From an uncultured Bacilli bacterium (lineage in GTDB: Bacteria > Bacillota_I > Bacilli_A > RF39 > UBA660): 64,000 bases of DNA. The notes under the pieces were generated by a model. That model made no database searches. It saw nothing but the letters and a program-made list of their open reading frames with translations, and had not been told where the DNA came from. The translations under genes and the position numbers were made by a program. The first letter of the stretch is position 1, and each line of letters starts with the position of its first letter. Of this stretch, positions 29,904 to 40,189 are shown one piece after another. The DNA lies in contig CANQQV010000002.1 in NCBI GenBank assembly GCA_947626095.1, positions 64,001 to 128,000 on the forward strand, in the 5' to 3' direction.

Positions 29904-31379
29904 TTACCTCCTATACATAGCTGCTGTAGCATTATCTTTACCAGCAGGAATAACACGATCGCCAGTGAAACGTGCTTGTTTAACTGCATTATTATTCAAA
30001 GCTTTATCAACTAAAGCTCTAGTTATTTCATCACGTGGAGTATTCTGAGCAATAACACGGATATCTTCATGAGATAATAAATCAGATACACCATCACTTA
30101 GTAATAACAAAGTATTATAGCAACTATTAGGAATGGTTGTCATTTGAATAGTACCTAAATTAGAGTTTCCTAAACATTTAGTTATAAAATTACTTTCAGG
30201 ATTAAATCTTAAGTCGTCTATTTCAGCGGCAGTAGGACGACGGCCACCATGTTCATACATAAACTCTGCCCAGACTTTGGATTCGTCTGTTGTTACTAGT
30301 GATACACCGTATGGTGATACGGTATAAGCTCTTGAATCACCAATGTTAGCAATAATTGTATCATTTTCAGTAACAATGGCTCCAACTAGGGTTGAACCTA
30401 CACTAACTCTACCATTACGTGGTGGAAATTTACTAGTTATATCACTATTTATTTTTCTGATAGCATTATCAAGAGATTCTTTAAGACCTGATGGTAAATA
30501 ATAAGCATCAGCTGGAACACTTTTAAACCATTCAGCTAAGCCTTTAACAACCATATTACTAGCTTTTTCACCACCATCTAAGCCACCTACTCCATCAGCT
30601 ACAGCGATGAATTTAAATTGATCATTATCAGGATGAGTTAAGATAATAACTGAATCTTCTTGATTTTTTCTTTTTCGACCAACATCTTGAGTCGCATATA
30701 AAGTACCATCTAAAGCATATTCACTACGATTATATTTAACTTGCGAACCAGCTACAACTTCTCTTAGGCAGCGATTCATTGCTTCATAGTTAACGTTTAC
30801 TTTAGCCATTGGTTTGATAATTTCAACATCATGATCTATTTTAGTTAACATTTCGCTTCCCGCAGAAAGACCAATACTATCTATTTGACGACGGAAGTCT
30901 TCACCTTTATTTAATGGATCTGGAGTATAAGAGTAACCATTATTGTACCAATTTGGATTAAATCTAGTTTTAGCAACAGCATTAGCTAAAGCAAATAAAG
31001 CATTGGGATTACTAGTATAATACAAAATAGAATTAATATTACGATTAGTTATAATAGTTTCAACTGCATTTTGGATTTCACCAATATCATAAAATGAAGA
31101 GGCATTAGCCCACTCATTGTTAATGTGGCGAGGTGAATTATAAATTAATTTATTGTAAGCAGAATAAATTATAACAGCATTTCTAACAATATATTCAATA
31201 AAGTCACGGCAATCAAGTCTTAGGACTCTAGTACGGGCCATATTGGTATTAGTAAAATTAGTAGGTTCGATTCTTGAAGTAGCATTTTTATATAATATTT
31301 GACTAATATTGGGAATGAAGTCTGGATGTTTTTTTAAAGTTTCAGCAAAAGCAATATCGATATCTTGGACTTTTGTCAT
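29904..31379 (-). CDS. PP2C-family Ser/Thr protein phosphatase with a ~220-aa unknown N-terminal domain
   Basis: DVGRKRKNQEDS, AVADGVGG, NIGDSRAY, LLSDG, KDNAT; start set at MTKVQ behind AGGTGA. Confidence 0.85.
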   Translation of the reverse strand: MTKVQDIDIAFAETLKKHPDFIPNISQILYKNATSRIEPTNFTNTNMARTRVLRLDCRDFIEYIVRNAVIIYSAYNKLIYNSPRHINNEWANASSFYDIGEIQNAVETIITNRNINSILYYTSNPNALFALANAVAKTRFNPNWYNNGYSYTPDPLNKGEDFRRQIDSIGLSAGSEMLTKIDHDVEIIKPMAKVNVNYEAMNRCLREVVAGSQVKYNRSEYALDGTLYATQDVGRKRKNQEDSVIILTHPDNDQFKFIAVADGVGGLDGGEKASNMVVKGLAEWFKSVPADAYYLPSGLKESLDNAIRKINSDITSKFPPRNGRVSVGSTLVGAIVTENDTIIANIGDSRAYTVSPYGVSLVTTDESKVWAEFMYEHGGRRPTAAEIDDLRFNPESNFITKCLGNSNLGTIQMTTIPNSCYNTLLLLSDGVSDLLSHEDIRVIAQNTPRDEITRALVDKALNNNAVKQARFTGDRVIPAGKDNATAAMYRR

Positions 31380-31440
31380 ATTATCACCTATTTTTATTTT
31401 ACCATATATTACGGAAGGATAAAAAAAGAAAAAAGATACT

Positions 31441-32310
31441 TTACATTTGATCTTTTTCCCAACGAGCATATATACCACAAGGTAAAATCAAATTACTATT
31501 TTTCATTGGTATACCAAGTTCATCACTACTTATATGGCCTTGGCACTTTTGATTAACAGTTAATGATAGGATATTTTCTAAGACAGTCATAGATAAACCG
31601 GTAGTATAAGAATTAATTAAGAAAAGAATGGGATTATCAGAAAGTAATTCGCTACATAGTTCGACTAAAGGATATAAATCCTTTTCGATGTCCCATACTT
31701 CACCATTAGAGCCACGACCAAATGATGGTGGATCCATTAAAATTATATCGTATTTATTGCCTCTTCGGATTTCTCTTTTAACAAATTTAACAACGTCATC
31801 AACTAAAAATCTAATCGGTTTGTCTGCTAAACCGCTAGCATTAACATTTTCTTTGGCCCAATCAACCATGCCACGAGATGAGTCAACATGAACAACTTCG
31901 GCACCAGCACTTAAAGCAGCAACTGAAGCAGCACCCGTATAAGCAAAAAGGTTTAGAACTTTAACGGGACGATGAGCATTTTTTATTTTTTCACGAATTA
32001 AATTCCAGTTGTAGGCTTGTTCAGGGAATAATCCAGTATGTTTAAAACCCATTAGTTTAATATTAAAGGTTAAATCTTGGTAGTGAACTTGCCATGATGA
32101 TGGAAGTTTATGGTTTTTAATATCCCATGAACCACCACCTTTATTACTACGATAATAGATAGCATCAGCTTTGGTCCAATCTTTTTCGTCACTAGACCAA
32201 ATAATTTGTGGATCAGGTCTTAGTAATTTATAACCATGCCAATCTTCTAATTTCATACCATTTGACATATCAAGGATTTGATATTCAGTAAAATCAGTTA
32301 CTAACTTCAT
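31441..32310 (-). CDS. Class I SAM-dependent methyltransferase (RlmI/RlmK-like)
   Basis: KHTGLFPEQ, VLNLFAYTG, HVDSS, MDPPSFG. Confidence 0.85.
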   Translation of the reverse strand: MKLVTDFTEYQILDMSNGMKLEDWHGYKLLRPDPQIIWSSDEKDWTKADAIYYRSNKGGGSWDIKNHKLPSSWQVHYQDLTFNIKLMGFKHTGLFPEQAYNWNLIREKIKNAHRPVKVLNLFAYTGAASVAALSAGAEVVHVDSSRGMVDWAKENVNASGLADKPIRFLVDDVVKFVKREIRRGNKYDIILMDPPSFGRGSNGEVWDIEKDLYPLVELCSELLSDNPILFLINSYTTGLSMTVLENILSLTVNQKCQGHISSDELGIPMKNSNLILPCGIYARWEKDQM

Positions 32311-32354
32311 TTATATCACCTTTTTCATTATAACATTTATACTTAAAAAAAACA

Positions 32355-32882
32355 TTAATGAGTTATTAATGTTTTAACTAACGGATCAAATAGTTCTAAA
32401 ATGCCGTGAATTAACATAAAGAAACCAATAATGATGATTTGAACTTCACTACTATAAGCTAGATTAATACTAGTTAAGATGCCGGCAAGAATAAAGAATA
32501 AAAGGTTGAAAACTCTAACTTTCCACATCTCATCATGACGATCATGATAGTAATCTATTTTCTTTAATTTAGTTAGAGACATTAAGGCTATCCAGCACAT
32601 TAAAATTAAAGCTAAAGTTCGTGGTGAAGACATTTCAAAGATGATACTTAATATTAAAGTAAGAATAGAAATAAATGCAGTAAATAAACTTTCATAGTCT
32701 TTACTTTTATAAGTAAAAATAAATTGAATTAAATTGAAAATACTATATGATGAAAAAACAAAAATCATTAGGTGATTAATATTAGTTATGTGAAACATTG
32801 GCAAGATTAATAAGATAACACTAACAAGAATTAAACATAAAGCAATAATCATATCAATTTTTTGTTTATTATTCATATTCAT
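32355..32882 (-). CDS. Multi-pass membrane protein (DUF308/HdeD-like)
   Basis: About six hydrophobic segments; overlaps the stop of the HAD gene. Confidence 0.55.
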   Translation of the reverse strand: MNMNNKQKIDMIIALCLILVSVILLILPMFHITNINHLMIFVFSSYSIFNLIQFIFTYKSKDYESLFTAFISILTLILSIIFEMSSPRTLALILMCWIALMSLTKLKKIDYYHDRHDEMWKVRVFNLLFFILAGILTSINLAYSSEVQIIIIGFFMLIHGILELFDPLVKTLITH

Positions 32883-33703
32883 TCTCCTAAACATAATTTT
32901 TCTAATATTTTAGCAACTCCATCATTTTCAGCACTATCAGTAAGATACGTTGAATTTTCTTTTAATAGTTCATTAGCATTAGCAACAGCAACGGAGGTTT
33001 CAACAACATCAGTCATACAAATATCGTCATAGCCGTTACCAATAGCAATAGCTTTGGAACTATCGATATTTAAATAATCAAGCAATTCAACAATACCAGT
33101 ACTTTTAGCAGTGTTTTCTAAGACAAAATCGTGATAATATTCTTTATTTTTTTCTCTTTTTTCCTCAATTAAACCAAGTGATGAATGAACAACTTTTAAG
33201 GAAGGAAATTTTTCTTTAAATAAATTTGGTAAAACTAACATACGATCATAGTTAGAACTTAAGATAACCATTTGATGAATTGGATTATCTTTTAGTATTT
33301 GATTCAAATCAGTAAAATAGGTAGCAGGTTCATTGTTATAATGATATTCTTTTTGATTAATAAATCTTTTTTCTAAAGAATTTAAGATTAAAGTTAAGTT
33401 ATGGGTTTCACAATAATCATAAATTCCTTTAATTTCTTTTGGTGGAATTGGCTTGGAATAAATAGTTTCCTGAGTACGATAGTTGTATACTTCAGCGCCA
33501 TTAGAACTAATGATGTAATCACTTAGATTTGCTTCTTTACTTTTTAAAATACCATATTGAGCACTACGGCCTGTATTAACAACTACTTTGATTCCTTTGT
33601 CCTTTAACTTAGTCATTACTTCTTTAGTATAGTTAGATACTGGACTATTAGATTTATTTAATGTATCATCGATGTCAACAAAGACTATATCATATTTCTT
33701 CAT
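32879..33703 (-). CDS. Cof-type HAD-IIB hydrolase
   Basis: DIDDTL, NTGR, SNGA, AIGNGYDD, DGVA. Confidence 0.88.
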   Translation of the reverse strand: MKKYDIVFVDIDDTLNKSNSPVSNYTKEVMTKLKDKGIKVVVNTGRSAQYGILKSKEANLSDYIISSNGAEVYNYRTQETIYSKPIPPKEIKGIYDYCETHNLTLILNSLEKRFINQKEYHYNNEPATYFTDLNQILKDNPIHQMVILSSNYDRMLVLPNLFKEKFPSLKVVHSSLGLIEEKREKNKEYYHDFVLENTAKSTGIVELLDYLNIDSSKAIAIGNGYDDICMTDVVETSVAVANANELLKENSTYLTDSAENDGVAKILEKLCLGE

Positions 33704-33804
33704 AAATTAACCACCATGTCTTACATATATTATTATGCCATAATATGTAAATGTATGTATATATTATGTTAAATATTTGACGTAAAGAAAAAGATATAAT
33801 TTAG

Positions 33805-36324
33805 TTATATCTTTCTTTTGTTTTCAATAAAAGTAACAATTCCTAGAGAAATAAAGCCGATTATTGATAAGCCAAGAGCCAACTCTTTTAATGGAGCCTT
33901 ATATTCAATAGTAATATGGTGATGACCTTTATTGATTTTAAAGCCGGTAAAGGTTTCATTTACTTTTTCAATTTTTACTTTTTGATTATCGACTTTGATA
34001 TTAAAGCCAATATCGTATGGAACACTCATGGTAAAGTAACCATTTTCACTGACGTCAATATCACCATTAATATAGTCTCCTTTAGTGTTTTTTTTATCAA
34101 TAACTAAAGGATTAACTTTAGTAGATATTTTTTCAAGATTAGCATAATCTAAATAGAATAATTCAAAATCAGAAATATTATAAGTTCCTTCAGAAAAATA
34201 AATATTTAAATTTTCTTGATTATCAGAAGCTAAGATATAGTCAAAGGTTGTATTGCCATTATAGTATTTCCATTTTTTATTGGTTAATTTATTTTTTACA
34301 CGATTAATGGTAATGGCTAAATCTTTTTCCTCATCGCCCCTATTCATTTTAAAACGAATAAATAGGATCTTATTTTTATATTCTTCTGGTAATTCATATT
34401 TTAACTTTAAGTTATCATCCGATTTAATAGTATATGAACCATCTTTTTCTTTAGTAATTTTTTTATTAGTAAATATTTGATCTAAATCTAATTCCATAGG
34501 ATGAACGTTGGAAATATAGTCATTAGATGTTTTAGCATCAGCAACGATAACATTTAATAAAGCTTCTTGTTTTTCTTCATCACTTAGTTTATTAAAATCA
34601 TCGTAACTCATAATATTGGAAGTAGCATAAGCAAATGGTAAGACTTGTTCATTTTTATAAACATAAATACCATCTTTTTCATTAATTTTTTCGTAACCGA
34701 CTAAACCTGGACCATCAGATACATAGTATTTATTACCACTAAACATTAAATATAAAACATTTGGAGAAGTAACAGTTAAAGCACGATTACGTGAAGGAAT
34801 GTTATTCATAGCTACATCATAGTAAAAACTATTATATTGTTGATTAGAGATAGATGAATAAATCGTCGAATTATAGTAATTAATATTATCATAGATTTTA
34901 TTAGGTGTTTCAGTACGAATAATATTATTTGCGATACGATACATATCTTGGTCTTCGTTGGTTATGGTACCAATTAAGTTTTTAACAATTTTTTCATTAT
35001 GTCTTGTTGTATAACGTAGTTCTAAAGTATCATAATGGTTGTAAATATAACAAGTTGTAAATAGAAGTAGAAATAATGGTAAAGTAAGAATTATTTTTTT
35101 ATTGAATTTATGATAAAGAAGAACTAAAACTAATAAGATGATAATTTGAGAAAAATAAGCAACTAGATATGATTTCTTAATAAGAATGATTATAGAAATA
35201 ATAATTAAGACGGGAATAATGTGATGATATTTAACTTTCTTATTTATTATATCGTTAATAAAGTCAGCTAAGACTAAAATGTATAATGGTAAGAAAGGAA
35301 TTAAAGACTTAGCATCAGTATACATTGTACCATTTAAAAGATAATTAAAAAGATTAAAAAGAACTAATAAAGATAAAATTAAAGCCAGAATCTTTTTATT
35401 ACGATCTTTAGTAAATAAATTAATAAGCGCAGGAATAATTAGCGCAGTTAAACCTAGACCATATGAATTAAAGATAAGATTTTTTAAAGAAAGACTAGGT
35501 AAAAATAATTTACCAAGTGTAATATTAGTATTTGAAGCAGCACGATTATGAATAATTGTTGCCATAGTTGGAACAGTAATAATTGCTGACATGAAAATAG
35601 CGATAATAATTGGGCCTAAAACTTTAAAGAAAGTTTTAAGGAATGTTTTAAAGGTAACTTTTTTCATTTGTTTTAAATAACGATAAAAGCCATAAATTAG
35701 TAAACAGACAATACCACCAACACTAAAGTAATAGCTAGTCATTATCATTAAAAAGGTCGAAATAGTAAGTAACCAACTACGCTTTTTATCAAAGATTTGA
35801 TCAATACCAAATAAACCTAAGATAAGAAATGGCATATAGTTGATAAACATAATATGACGATGTGATTGGAAGGATATCGAAGATGAGAAAATAAAAGCTA
35901 AACTGGCGATAAAGCAGACTTCACTACTATAGTTTTTCTTTTTTAAAAATAAATAAATTAGATTAGCACTAATAATAACAATAATAATAGTAGATATCAT
36001 AATATATTTGATCATAGATAATTTAGGAAATAAATATGATACTAGGATGATAGGACTTAATAAACCATAATATGAGAAGTTATAGATATTTTGGCCACTA
36101 CCGATATTTAACGCTAAATCAGGGAATAGATCATGAGTATCATAGAATAAAGTTCTTATATATTCGGCAATTGAAACATGCTCAGAATACCAATCTAAAG
36201 TAGAACCATAGTAACATGTTTTACCACAAAGAGCTAAGACAAAAACAATAAAAGAGATAGATATAATAGCCATGTAAATAAAATCTTTGGTGGTTAGTTT
36301 TTTGGCTTTAGTTTTCTTTTTCAT
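33805..36324 (-). CDS. yfhO: YfhO family membrane glycosyltransferase (GT-C)
   Basis: Many TMs; YYGLLSP, SYYF, YSS, SVPYDIGF, FTGFKINKGHHHITIEY near the C-terminus. Confidence 0.8.
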   Translation of the reverse strand: MKKKTKAKKLTTKDFIYMAIISISFIVFVLALCGKTCYYGSTLDWYSEHVSIAEYIRTLFYDTHDLFPDLALNIGSGQNIYNFSYYGLLSPIILVSYLFPKLSMIKYIMISTIIIVIISANLIYLFLKKKNYSSEVCFIASLAFIFSSSISFQSHRHIMFINYMPFLILGLFGIDQIFDKKRSWLLTISTFLMIMTSYYFSVGGIVCLLIYGFYRYLKQMKKVTFKTFLKTFFKVLGPIIIAIFMSAIITVPTMATIIHNRAASNTNITLGKLFLPSLSLKNLIFNSYGLGLTALIIPALINLFTKDRNKKILALILSLLVLFNLFNYLLNGTMYTDAKSLIPFLPLYILVLADFINDIINKKVKYHHIIPVLIIISIIILIKKSYLVAYFSQIIILLVLVLLYHKFNKKIILTLPLFLLLFTTCYIYNHYDTLELRYTTRHNEKIVKNLIGTITNEDQDMYRIANNIIRTETPNKIYDNINYYNSTIYSSISNQQYNSFYYDVAMNNIPSRNRALTVTSPNVLYLMFSGNKYYVSDGPGLVGYEKINEKDGIYVYKNEQVLPFAYATSNIMSYDDFNKLSDEEKQEALLNVIVADAKTSNDYISNVHPMELDLDQIFTNKKITKEKDGSYTIKSDDNLKLKYELPEEYKNKILFIRFKMNRGDEEKDLAITINRVKNKLTNKKWKYYNGNTTFDYILASDNQENLNIYFSEGTYNISDFELFYLDYANLEKISTKVNPLVIDKKNTKGDYINGDIDVSENGYFTMSVPYDIGFNIKVDNQKVKIEKVNETFTGFKINKGHHHITIEYKAPLKELALGLSIIGFISLGIVTFIENKRKI

Positions 36325-37652
36325 TATGATTCACTCCATTCGCTATATTTTACCCAATTTTCATATGGTAACATGTGTCCCCAGACATCGTTTATCATAT
36401 ATTGACTAACATATATTTCATCAACTATTTTTTGCTTTTTCTTTAAATTTTTACTACTTACGCGTTTTAATTCTTTTTGATGTTTTTTGATGTCTTTTTT
36501 ATTTAGATAATAGTGACCAAAATAGTATAATTTGTCTTTATCTTCGACTAAGTTAGTCATCATTGTACTGGTCATTTTATGATGAATATGACCATATTCA
36601 CCATCAGGATTATGCGTAATAATAGTATCCCAATCTTTTAAAGAGATTATACTTTGTAAGTCGTTTTGAATATATTCACGCGAAGAATCCCAGTTATCTT
36701 TTTGACCATTAGTTAAATCAGGATAACCTAACATAATATATTGATCGTTAGTTTCTTTCATAGTACGTTCAAATTCTTTAACACGAACTGGATTAACACC
36801 ACAAGTTACACAAACAACTAAATAATTATCATTCATTAAATGAGAACCACCCCAAATAAGTTCATCATCGGGATGAGCAACGACCATTAATTTATTAGTT
36901 TTACTTAAGTCTAATTTGGAATAATCATCAGGGACATGAAAACTAGGTTTGCCCCAATCATAATATGAAACCCAATCTTCATAAGGAAACATTTGATCAA
37001 AGTAAGTTTGGATAAATGATTGACTTGGATAATAACTAATTAGTTTTTTCTTTTGACTTAGAAGACTATCATTTATAGGAGTCATTTCATTAAGATGATT
37101 AACAATATTGTTTTTACTATAATAATGACCAAAATAATATAATTTCTTTTTATCAGGAACAATACTAGTAGTAATTTGGCTAGTCATTTGATGGTGAATA
37201 TGACCATATTCGCCATCGGGATTATGCGTAACAATTGTCTGCCAATCTTTTAATTTAATAATAGCATCTAAATCTTTAGTTATATCATCTTTAACGGTAT
37301 CCCAATTATCACGTTCACCATTAGTTTTATCAGGATAACCTAACATAATATATTTATCGTTAGTCGAATGCATGATATGATTAAATTCGTTAACACGAGT
37401 TTTATTAGAACCACAAGTTATACAGACAACTAAATAATTATCTTTAATTAAGTGAGCTCCACCCCAAAGAGTCTCATCATCGGGATGAGCTACAATCATT
37501 AAATTATCAATGTCTTTTAAATCTATTTTCGTAAAGTCTTTATCTATTTTATATAAATTATGAAAATATAAATATATTCCCCCATTAATAATAATTAGAC
37601 AAATTAATAAGATTATTAATAAAATGTAATATTTTTTGATGAATTTTTTCAT
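36324..37652 (-). CDS. Membrane-anchored protein with two tandem PIG-L/LmbE deacetylase domains
   Basis: AHPDDE..WGG and THNPDGEYGHIHH each occur twice; N-terminal TM; start set at MKKFIKK. Confidence 0.85.
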   Translation of the reverse strand: MKKFIKKYYILLIILLICLIIINGGIYLYFHNLYKIDKDFTKIDLKDIDNLMIVAHPDDETLWGGAHLIKDNYLVVCITCGSNKTRVNEFNHIMHSTNDKYIMLGYPDKTNGERDNWDTVKDDITKDLDAIIKLKDWQTIVTHNPDGEYGHIHHQMTSQITTSIVPDKKKLYYFGHYYSKNNIVNHLNEMTPINDSLLSQKKKLISYYPSQSFIQTYFDQMFPYEDWVSYYDWGKPSFHVPDDYSKLDLSKTNKLMVVAHPDDELIWGGSHLMNDNYLVVCVTCGVNPVRVKEFERTMKETNDQYIMLGYPDLTNGQKDNWDSSREYIQNDLQSIISLKDWDTIITHNPDGEYGHIHHKMTSTMMTNLVEDKDKLYYFGHYYLNKKDIKKHQKELKRVSSKNLKKKQKIVDEIYVSQYMINDVWGHMLPYENWVKYSEWSES

Positions 37653-37850
37653 ACTCTTGCCTTCTTGTATACATATAAATTCTTGCACTCAAGTCAAATA
37701 ATACTCTTTATAAAATAAATTGTCAATTACTACTTCAAAACAGGGACTTTTGACATAAATATGTTAATATTTTATACCCTATTTTAATAAATTAATATTA
37801 ATATTGATAATTTTTGTGTATAATATGGTCAAAGAAAAGGAGTTGATATT

Positions 37851-39200
37851 ATGAAAGCAGAAAGTTTAGAAGAAACTTTAAGAAAATTATTAGAAGAAAA
37901 GGATTATGCGAAGATTAAAAATCTTTTAAGTGATGAAAATGAATATGATATCGCTTCTTTAATAGAAGATTTACCTAGTGATGAGTTAATTAGGGTTTTT
38001 AGATTATTAAATAAAGATTTAGCTGTTGATGTTTTTGTTAATTTGGATGATGAAGTACAAAAAGAATTAATTGCTTCTTTAACAAAGAAAGAGTCTAAAG
38101 AGATTATTGAGAATATGTTTACTGATGATGCGGCGGACTTATTTGATGAAATGCCAGCAATGCTAGTTACTTCTCTTTTAAGTAATGTCGATAAAGAAAC
38201 AAGAAATGATATTAATAAATTACTTAAATATCCAGATAATAGTGCTGGTTCTTTAATGGCTATTGAATATATTCATTTGAAGAAGGGATTAACAATTAAA
38301 GAATCAATTGCGCGAATTAGAAAACAAGCCGAAGATTTTGTATCATATGATTCTTGTTTTGTAACTGATGATAAACGTAAATTACTTGGTAAGGTATCAG
38401 TTAAAGATTTACTTGTTAATGATCCAGAAACTTTAATTGATGATGTTATGGAAGAATGTGAACATAAAATTAGTACTTTAATGGATCAAGAAGAAGTTGT
38501 TAGTATTTTCCAAGATTATGACTATAGTACTTTACCGGTTGTTGATTTAGAAGATCGATTAGTAGGAATTATTACCATTGATGATGTTGTTGATATTATG
38601 GAAGAAGAAGCAACAGAAGATATGGAGAAAATGGCAGCTATTGTACCAACAGAAAAATCTTATGATAAAACAAGTATATGGGAAACTTTTAAAGCGAGAA
38701 TACCTTGGTTATTACTTTTGATGATATCAGCCACATTTACAGGTAAAATAATTCAAAACTTTGAAGCCCAGTTAGCAACTTGTGCAATATTAACCGCTTT
38801 TATTCCAATGCTAATGGATACAGGTGGTAATGCTGGTGGTCAAGCAAGTGTTAGTATTATAAGAGCTTTATCATTAAATGATATTGAGTTTAAAGATATT
38901 TTAAAAGTTGTGCTTAAAGAATCAGGCGTGGCAATATTATGTGCAATAGTTTTAGGAATATGTAATTTTGTTAAAATATTATTAATTGATAAAGTAACAA
39001 TACCTATTGCGGCTTGTGTTTGTATTACCTTAGTTATTACGGTAATTATTGCGAAGATAATTGGTTGTACTCTACCAATGTTTGCCAAGAAAATTGGTTT
39101 TGATCCAGCAGTTATGGCTAGTCCATTTATTACAACTTTAGTTGATGCTTGTTCCCTACTCGTTTATTTTAAAGTAGCAACATTAATTTTAGGAATTTAA
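37851..39200 (+). CDS. mgtE: Magnesium transporter MgtE
   Basis: MgtE_N, CBS pair, RIPWLL, GGNAGGQ, DPAVMASPFITT. Confidence 0.95.
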   Translation: MKAESLEETLRKLLEEKDYAKIKNLLSDENEYDIASLIEDLPSDELIRVFRLLNKDLAVDVFVNLDDEVQKELIASLTKKESKEIIENMFTDDAADLFDEMPAMLVTSLLSNVDKETRNDINKLLKYPDNSAGSLMAIEYIHLKKGLTIKESIARIRKQAEDFVSYDSCFVTDDKRKLLGKVSVKDLLVNDPETLIDDVMEECEHKISTLMDQEEVVSIFQDYDYSTLPVVDLEDRLVGIITIDDVVDIMEEEATEDMEKMAAIVPTEKSYDKTSIWETFKARIPWLLLLMISATFTGKIIQNFEAQLATCAILTAFIPMLMDTGGNAGGQASVSIIRALSLNDIEFKDILKVVLKESGVAILCAIVLGICNFVKILLIDKVTIPIAACVCITLVITVIIAKIIGCTLPMFAKKIGFDPAVMASPFITTLVDACSLLVYFKVATLILGI

Positions 39201-39226
39201 AAAAGGCATTTTATAAATGTCTTTTT
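39199..39226. terminator. Bidirectional intrinsic terminator
   Basis: AAAAAGGCATTT-tat-AAATGTCTTTTT between convergent genes. Confidence 0.65.
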
Positions 39227-40189
39227 CTATGGATAAATAATTATCTTTTCATTACATAATGAGCTTTCATTTATATCTAAAGGATGATTAGCTAAAGGAC
39301 TAGTATTAACTAGGACTTGTTTAGATTTAATCTCTTTAATAAAAGTATGAGCATGATCTTTATCATCCGTAAAGATAGCTGTACTATATAAGGAACCATT
39401 ATTATTTATCATATAAATAGCTTCATCAAGATTATTAACAGGAATAGCATCGGCTAAATCAAGATTAAGATCTTCTTGATAATAGATAGTTATATGGGGA
39501 TTTAACTTAATAAATTCTTGGATAAAAGCAATGTTCTTTAAAGATTCAATATATAAATCAAAGTTGGCATAACCACTAGTTATTACTTTATTATGAGTTT
39601 GTTTTAACACATTGTTTTGTAATTCACGATTACCAATACCAATGACTAAATCATAGCTAGTATAATATTTTAATACTTGATAAATATCATCAGCAATATA
39701 ACTATTGATTTGATTAGCATCTAGTTTATTATGATTTAACACTTGTTTAATAAGTTCAATTAGATAGTTATTAGTACCATACATATAACCATTGTAACTA
39801 ATAATTAAGGAATTATTAACTAAAAGATTACGAATGATTAACTCTAATAAAGTATAAGGATTACCATCAAAGATAAGGCAGATGGTACCAAGACTTTCGA
39901 TTTCTTTACCATAGTAATATTTTTTTTCATCATTTTTTAAATTATCTATTACTTTACCATAGGTTAAATCTTCTTTTAAACAATTATCAATAATATTGTC
40001 AAAGACAGATAATTCAACTTTAAAGCCATTATTATTTTTAAGATCTATTTTGTTAGCTTCTTCTAAAACAGCAAATGTTTTATCGATTGTTTCTTTTATT
40101 TCATTTAAAATGTCTTTAATATTCAGATGATTGTCTTTAGTGGCATTTTGCGTTTGTAAGATAATACTTTCGATATTATTTTGCTCCAT
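39227..40189 (-). CDS. Aldehyde dehydrogenase-fold, ProA-like protein, shortened and degenerate
   Basis: SLGTICLIFDGNP, DLVIGIG, EAIYMINNNGS..STAIFT..F...VLVNTS resemble gamma-glutamyl phosphate reductase; no CNA catalytic motif. Confidence 0.6.
   Translation of the reverse strand: MEQNNIESIILQTQNATKDNHLNIKDILNEIKETIDKTFAVLEEANKIDLKNNNGFKVELSVFDNIIDNCLKEDLTYGKVIDNLKNDEKKYYYGKEIESLGTICLIFDGNPYTLLELIIRNLLVNNSLIISYNGYMYGTNNYLIELIKQVLNHNKLDANQINSYIADDIYQVLKYYTSYDLVIGIGNRELQNNVLKQTHNKVITSGYANFDLYIESLKNIAFIQEFIKLNPHITIYYQEDLNLDLADAIPVNNLDEAIYMINNNGSLYSTAIFTDDKDHAHTFIKEIKSKQVLVNTSPLANHPLDINESSLCNEKIIIYP

Noticed and set aside
37653-37850. M-box (ykoK) riboswitch upstream of mgtE
   Set aside because: The region is short and very AT-rich, and a TG-TATAAT -10 lies ~26 nt from the start codon, leaving no room for the aptamer.
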